Shown: one piece after another, positions 59,110 through 64,000 of the stretch
Position numbering within the stretch: the stretch's first letter is position 1
Layout of the letters: each line of letters begins with the position of its first letter
From: an uncultured Gemmatimonadales bacterium
GTDB lineage: Bacteria; Gemmatimonadota; Gemmatimonadetes; Longimicrobiales; RSA9
Assembly: GCA_963816355.1 (NCBI GenBank)
Contig: CAWFKH010000002.1
Span: 32,001-96,000 of the forward strand
Length of the DNA: 64,000 nucleotides
Reading direction: 5' to 3'
Translations under genes and position numbers: made by a program
The notes under the pieces: generated by a model
Told to the model about the DNA's origin: nothing
What the model saw: only the letters and a program-made list of their open reading frames with translations
The model's database searches: none

Positions 59110-60279
59110 TCAATCGCGCAGCCGCAGAGCGACGCCCCACGGGTCGCGCAGCACGCCGCCCGCGCGCGCCGCCGCAGCAGCGCCCGCGCCCGCCGCGGGG
59201 CCCGCTTCCGCCGCGCCGCGCTCGACATCGTATCCCGCCGCGGCGGCGGCATCGAGAGCCCGCCTCACGTCCTCGGCGTCGGGCAGAACCAGCTCCCACT
59301 CCAGCAGCCGGGCGTCGTCGTCGCCCGCAGGCGCGGCGCCGGCCGCCCACGTGTTGACGCCGAGGTGGTGATGGTAGCCGCCGGCGGAGAGGAAGAGGGC
59401 GCCGGGGTAGCTCCACACCACCTTGTCGAGCCCGAGCGCGCGGTGGTAGAACGCTTCCGCGCGCGGCAGGTCGCCCACGTGCAGGTGGACGTGGCCGATC
59501 GTCGTCCCCGGCGGCATCCCTTCCCATGGCTCGCCGCGCGCGCTGGCGACCAGGTCGTCGACGTCGAGCGGGTCGGTGGCCATGACGATCTGACCACCCT
59601 CGTAGCGCCAGCTCGGGCGCGGCCGGTCCGCGTACACCTCGATCCCGAGGCCGTCCGCGTCCTGCAGGTAGATCGCCTCGCTCACGCGGTGGTCCGACGC
59701 CCCGGCGCGCTCGCCGAGCGCCGCCAGGTGCGCGACGAACCGGCCCAGCGCGGCGCGCTCCGGCAGCAGGATCGCGAAGTGGTACAGCCCCAGCCGGCCG
59801 CGGCGCGGCACCGGCGCGACGCCCGGCCTCTCGCGCAGCTCAACGAGCGCCGCGACGCCGGCCGGCGACGAGCCCTCCGCCGCACCTTCGCCCGCCGACG
59901 CGTTCGCGGCCGTAGCGGCCGGTGCAGCCGCCGCCTCCCGTGCGCCGCCCACCGGCGTTCGGGCCGCTCCCGCGGCCCCCCGCGGCCCCAGCACCGCGAC
60001 ACCCTCGCGCCGCTCGAGCACCCCGAGCCCCAGCACCCTCTCGTAGAAGTCGAGCGAGCGCTCGAGGTCCGCCACCTGCAGCCGCACCCGCCCCGGCCGC
60101 GTTCCGCCGGGGAGCCGGTAGCCGGGCGGCGCGACGCCGTAGGGGAGGTCGACGTCGCGGGCGACGTCGCCACCGTCCGCCTCGGCGGCGACGTCGCCAT
60201 TCGCCCCGCCGGCGACGCCTTCGCGCGCATCGTTCCTGCGGTCTTCCACATCGACCTCCGTGTCGGGCCGCCGCGGCAT
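59110..60279 (-). CDS. VOC family protein, CatE-like catechol 2,3-dioxygenase/glyoxalase
   Basis: VRLQVADLERSLDFY, GLYHFAILLP, SDHRVSEAIYLQDADGLGIEVYADRP, IGHVHLHV, FLSAGGYHHHLGVNTW, DPWG. Start uncertain; Ala-rich loop insertions. Confidence 0.92.
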   Translation of the reverse strand: MPRRPDTEVDVEDRRNDAREGVAGGANGDVAAEADGGDVARDVDLPYGVAPPGYRLPGGTRPGRVRLQVADLERSLDFYERVLGLGVLERREGVAVLGPRGAAGAARTPVGGAREAAAAPAATAANASAGEGAAEGSSPAGVAALVELRERPGVAPVPRRGRLGLYHFAILLPERAALGRFVAHLAALGERAGASDHRVSEAIYLQDADGLGIEVYADRPRPSWRYEGGQIVMATDPLDVDDLVASARGEPWEGMPPGTTIGHVHLHVGDLPRAEAFYHRALGLDKVVWSYPGALFLSAGGYHHHLGVNTWAAGAAPAGDDDARLLEWELVLPDAEDVRRALDAAAAAGYDVERGAAEAGPAAGAGAAAAARAGGVLRDPWGVALRLRD

Positions 60280-60456
60280 CGGGACATCGCGGTTCGGGAC
60301 GTCGGGTGCGGCGCGCCGTCGCAACGCCGCAGCGGCTCGGGACGTGGCGGGCGCCGCGGCGTCGGAACACGCCGGCGTCGTCGGCGCCGCGGCATGCGGC
60401 AGGAAGTTACGCGGGCCCGACCTTCCACGCGACGAGCACGCCGCCGCCGCGCGGGG

Positions 60457-60618
60457 CCCGCCACGCACGCGAGGGGCCCGCCACGCACACGAAGTGCCCG
60501 CCACGCACACGAAGTGCCCGCCACGCACGCCGGACGTGCGATCGGCCGCCGGACGTGCGATCGGCCGCACGGACGTGCGATCGGCCGCGCGGACCTGCGA
60601 TCGGCCGCCGGACGTGCG
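60457..60618. repeat. Two abutting minisatellites: 20-bp (GCCCGCCACGCACACGAAGT, about 4x) and 18-19-bp (CGGACGTGCGATCGGCCG, about 5x)
   Basis: Directly visible tandem copies. Confidence 0.9.
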
Positions 60619-60619
60619 A

Positions 60620-60795
60620 GAAGAATCTCGTAATCGACGCCGGCGCGAGGATCTCCATCTCGATATTGCTCGGAAAGCGGGAAGAATCTCGTAGGCGACG
60701 CGGCGAGGCCGGATCGATTACGACATTTTGCTCGTATTCCGAGACAAATCCGGATAACGATGTGCGAGAGGACGTCGATTACGAGAAATTGCTCG
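60620..60795. repeat. ~176-bp imperfect palindromic element (MITE/REP-like?)
   Basis: GAAGAATCTCGTAATCGACG at 60620 and a variant at 60681; reverse-complement copies TCGATTACGA.....TGCTCG at 60714 and 60775. Confidence 0.75.
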
Positions 60796-60880
60796 CCCGC
60801 CGCGGCTCCTCCGCGAACCCTCACCCGCCGCGGCTCCTCCGCGCTCCTCACCCGCCGCGGCTCCGCCGCGAACCTTCGCC
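60796..60880. repeat. 27-28-bp tandem repeat, 3 copies
   Basis: CCCGCCGCGGCTCCTCCGCG(AACC/CTC)CTCA and variant. Confidence 0.85.
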
Positions 60881-60890
60881 GAGCGTCGCT

Positions 60891-63566
60891 TTACTCCGAG
60901 CGCAGGCTCTCCATCGGGTTCACGCGCGCCGCGGACCACGCCGGCACGAGGCACGCCGCGGTTGCGACGGCGGCGAGCGCGGCTGCGACGGCGACGTACG
61001 TCGTGACGTCGAGCGGCTCGACGCCGAAGAGGATGGTGGCGAGGAAGCGGGAGAGGACCGCGGCGGCGGCGGCGCCGACGAGGAGGCCGGCGGCGGCGGG
61101 CGCGAGTCCCTGCCGGAGCACGTGGCCGAGGACGCGGCCGGTGGAGGCGCCGAGGGCGAGGCGGAGGCCCATCTCGCGGCGTCGGCTGCGGACGATGTAG
61201 GCGAGGACGCCGTAGATGCCGAGGGCGGCGAGGACGAGGGCGATGGCGGCGAAGCCGCCGAGGAGGAGGGTGAAGAAGCGGGGCCGTGCGAGCGCATCGG
61301 AGGTGAGCTCGTCGAGCGGCAGGATCTGGCTGATCGTCTGGTCGGGGTCGATGTCGTGGACGATGCGGCGCATCGCCGGCGCGAGCGCGAGCGGATTGCC
61401 GGTCGTGTGCACGACGTACGACATCTGGATGCGCGGGTTCTGGTCGTTGCGGATGTAGAGGGAAGGCCGGGGCGCATCGGCAATGTCGCGGTGGTGCACG
61501 TCCGCGACGACGCCGACGACGCGCACCCGCGTGTCCCTGCCCGCGAACGTGAACTCCCGTCCGAGCGGGTCCTGGCCCTGGAAGAACTGCCGCTGGAACG
61601 CCTCGTTGACGACGGCGACGGGCGGAGCGTCCGGCCCGTCGGTCGTGCGCAGCGCGCGCCCGCGCAGCAGCTTCATGCCGAGCGCGCGGAAGAGGTCGTC
61701 GGAGACCTGGAACGCCTGGGCGGAGCGCTGCTCCGAGCGCGCCGGCTCGTACAGCCCCGGCACGCGCACCGGGACCGCCTCGCCGGTGCCCTGGAAGGGG
61801 AGGTAGCGGATCGCGCCGGCGGCGGTGACTTCCGGCAGCGCGGCGAGGCGCTCGATGATCGCGTGGTACATCGCCATCCACTCCGCCCGATCCGGGTGCT
61901 TCTGGTCGGAGAGGGTGATCGTCATCGCGATACGGCCGTCGGTGCGGAAGCCGGGATCGACGCGGCCCAGCGCGCCGAGGCTGCGGATCAGCAGGCCGGC
62001 GCCGACGAGCAGCACGACCGCGAGCGCGACCTCCGCGGCGACGAGCGTGCGCCGCAGCCGCACCCGCGACGTGCCCCCACCCACCTGCCGCCCGCCCTCG
62101 CGCAGCTCCTGGGCGGGCGAGACGTCGGTGGCGCGCAGCGCGGGGAGCACGCCCGCGAGCGCCGTCGCGAACAGCGTCACGACGAGCGCCGCGCCGAGCA
62201 CCGTGGCGTCGATCCGGATGTCGCCCGAGCGCGGCAGCAGTCCCGCGCTGCGCGCGACCAGAACCCGCGTCCCGCCCCACGCCAGCGCGATCCCCAGGAC
62301 GCCGCCGGCGCCGCCCAGCAGCAGGCTCTCCGTGAGGAGCTGCCGCGTCACCCGCCCGGACGAGGCGCCGAGGCTCAGCCGCAGCGCCACCTCGCGAGAG
62401 CGCGACGTGCCGCGCGCCAGCAACAGGTTGGCGACGTTGGCGCTCGCCAGCAGCAGGAGGAAGCCGACGGCGCCGAGCACCGCCCACAGCGCCGTGCGCA
62501 CGTCGCCCACCATGCTCGTCCTGAGCGACGTCACCGTCGCCGCGGAGACGCCCGCGTTGGCGTCCGGGTAGCGCGCCTCGAGGGTGCGCGCGATGCCGCT
62601 CAGCTCCTGCCGCGCCGCCTCCTCCGTGGCGCCCGGCGCGAGGCGCGCCACGGCGGAGAGGAAGCGCACGCCGCGCGTGTGGATCGGGATGTCGTCTTCC
62701 GGAATCACGCTGAGGGGCACCCAGATGTCGTTCGCGCCCCCCTCCCCCGGATAGCTGAAGCCCGGCGGCATCACCCCCACCACCTCGAAGGCCCGGTGGT
62801 CCAGCGTGATCGTGCGCCCCACCACCGACGGGTCGGAGCCGAAGAGCCGCTTCCACGCGCCGTCCGACAGCACGACGACCAGCCGGCCGGAGTCGTCGTC
62901 GTCCGGCCGCAGCGCACGGCCCCGCGCCGGCTGCACCCCGAGAAGCCGGAAGAAGTCGCCCGCCACCCACGTCGTCGCCAGCTCCATCGGCGCCGCGCCA
63001 CCGGTGTACGGGTACGGCGCCGGCAGCCCCGAGTACACCGCGAGCCCCGACAGCGTCCTCGCCTGCTTGCGCCAGTCCCGGAACTCCAGGTAGTACAGCG
63101 GAACCTGGTCGCTCCCGCGCCCCGGCGACGCCGGCCACACCCGCACCAGCCACTCCGGCGACGGGAACGGCAGCGGCGCCAGAAGCACGCCGTAGACGAC
63201 GCCGAAGAGCGCCGTCGCCGCGCCGATGCCGAGCGCCAGCACGAGCAGCGCGCTCGCCGTGAAGCCGGGGCTCCTGCGCAGGCTGCGCACCCCGTAGCGG
63301 ACGTCCTGCACCAGATCCTCCACCGGCCGGCCTCCGCGCTCGTCGCGTACCCGCTCCTTCACCGCCTCCTCGCCGCCGAAGCGGAGCGCCGCCTCCCGCC
63401 GCGCCCGCTCCGGATCCATCCCGCCCCGCACCAGATCCTCCGCCTCCATCTCCACGTGCAGGCGCACCTCGTCGTCGAGGTCCCGCTCCACGTCGCCCTT
63501 CCGCAGCAGGACGCGCAGCCGCCGCGCGAAAAGGCGGCGGAGGTCTCCATCGCCGCCGCCCCTCAC
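60891..63566 (-). CDS. ADOP-type duplicated MacB-like ABC permease
   Basis: DLDDEVRLHVE, QDVRYGVRSLRRSPGF, LALGIGAATALF, ANVANLLLARG..R.RE...R..LGA, VDPGF, GIYGVLAY, VNPMESLRSE; GTGA overlap with the PadR stop. Confidence 0.95.
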   Translation of the reverse strand: MRGGGDGDLRRLFARRLRVLLRKGDVERDLDDEVRLHVEMEAEDLVRGGMDPERARREAALRFGGEEAVKERVRDERGGRPVEDLVQDVRYGVRSLRRSPGFTASALLVLALGIGAATALFGVVYGVLLAPLPFPSPEWLVRVWPASPGRGSDQVPLYYLEFRDWRKQARTLSGLAVYSGLPAPYPYTGGAAPMELATTWVAGDFFRLLGVQPARGRALRPDDDDSGRLVVVLSDGAWKRLFGSDPSVVGRTITLDHRAFEVVGVMPPGFSYPGEGGANDIWVPLSVIPEDDIPIHTRGVRFLSAVARLAPGATEEAARQELSGIARTLEARYPDANAGVSAATVTSLRTSMVGDVRTALWAVLGAVGFLLLLASANVANLLLARGTSRSREVALRLSLGASSGRVTRQLLTESLLLGGAGGVLGIALAWGGTRVLVARSAGLLPRSGDIRIDATVLGAALVVTLFATALAGVLPALRATDVSPAQELREGGRQVGGGTSRVRLRRTLVAAEVALAVVLLVGAGLLIRSLGALGRVDPGFRTDGRIAMTITLSDQKHPDRAEWMAMYHAIIERLAALPEVTAAGAIRYLPFQGTGEAVPVRVPGLYEPARSEQRSAQAFQVSDDLFRALGMKLLRGRALRTTDGPDAPPVAVVNEAFQRQFFQGQDPLGREFTFAGRDTRVRVVGVVADVHHRDIADAPRPSLYIRNDQNPRIQMSYVVHTTGNPLALAPAMRRIVHDIDPDQTISQILPLDELTSDALARPRFFTLLLGGFAAIALVLAALGIYGVLAYIVRSRRREMGLRLALGASTGRVLGHVLRQGLAPAAAGLLVGAAAAAVLSRFLATILFGVEPLDVTTYVAVAAALAAVATAACLVPAWSAARVNPMESLRSE

Positions 63567-63895
63567 CCGCCCTCCAACACGTGCTTCATCGCCGCCGCGA
63601 AGAGGCTCCAGCTCTCGCGCTCCTCGACGAACTGCGCGCGCCCCGCCGCCGTCAGCGTGTAGAACTTCGCGCGCCGACCCTCGTCCGAGATCCCCCACTC
63701 CGCCGTGATCAGCCCCCGATCCTCCAGCCGGTGCAGCGCCGGATAGAGCGAGCCCTGATTCACCTCCAGCACGTCCCGCGACATCTGGCGGATCCGCTTC
63801 GACACCCCCCACCCGTGCAGCGCCCCGAGCGTCAGCGCCTTGAGGACGAGCAGGTCGAGGGTGCCCTGCAGCAGGTCGGCTTTGGATCGGCTCAC
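63563..63895 (-). CDS. PadR family transcriptional regulator (acidobacterial type)
   Basis: LLQGTLDLLVLKAL...HGWG...QGSLYPALHRLE..G.I.AEW...GRRAKFY.LT..G. Confidence 0.96.
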   Translation of the reverse strand: MSRSKADLLQGTLDLLVLKALTLGALHGWGVSKRIRQMSRDVLEVNQGSLYPALHRLEDRGLITAEWGISDEGRRAKFYTLTAAGRAQFVEERESWSLFAAAMKHVLEGG

Positions 63896-63902
63896 GTCGC
63901 GG

Positions 63903-63944
63903 CCTTGTTGTAGGGTGACATTACCAAGTCATTCGACAACAAGG
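63903..63944. promoter_or_regulatory. 42-bp inverted repeat directly upstream of padR (candidate autoregulatory operator)
   Basis: CCTTGTTGT-N4-TGAC-N8-GTCA-N4-ACAACAAGG, symmetric. Confidence 0.6.
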
Positions 63945-64000
63945 GTAGCGACGCAGGGGGGCGGGCGCAAGGGCGAGGCCGATGGCCGGACCGCCGGACC

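Overview
Very GC-rich bacterial chromosomal window (roughly 70-75% GC by eye). The gene content (PadR plus duplicated orphan permease, Oar-like TonB receptors, GDGQ-type Ig-repeat lipoprotein, MoxR/DUF58/BatA/DUF4159 operon) suggests Gemmatimonadota or a similar Acidobacteria-like lineage; this is an inference. About 50 CDSs can be supported. No rRNA, tRNA, CRISPR array, integrase or transposase was recognised. Main points of interest: (1) an eight-gene, largely translationally coupled MoxR/vWA envelope operon (3708-17918) with three MIDAS proteins, a TPR-gluzincin and a caspase-like protein lacking its catalytic Cys, preceded by an ECF-type promoter; (2) a stand-alone TiaS-kinase-like (DDTD) protein coupled to an ECF-S-component-like membrane protein; (3) five intergenic arrays of a 13-bp repeat (GTCCAATCCCGCA) with consistent strand polarity; (4) a ~176-bp AT-richer imperfect palindrome with 61-bp internal periodicity, flanked by minisatellites; (5) a possible defence cassette (SRA-like HNH, NUDIX, Smr, DUF4236/TerB-like); (6) a duplicated diheme cytochrome c next to a multicopper oxidase; (7) a frameshifted TonB receptor in an ECF sigma/anti-sigma operon. 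All family calls come from motif recognition by eye, not database searches.
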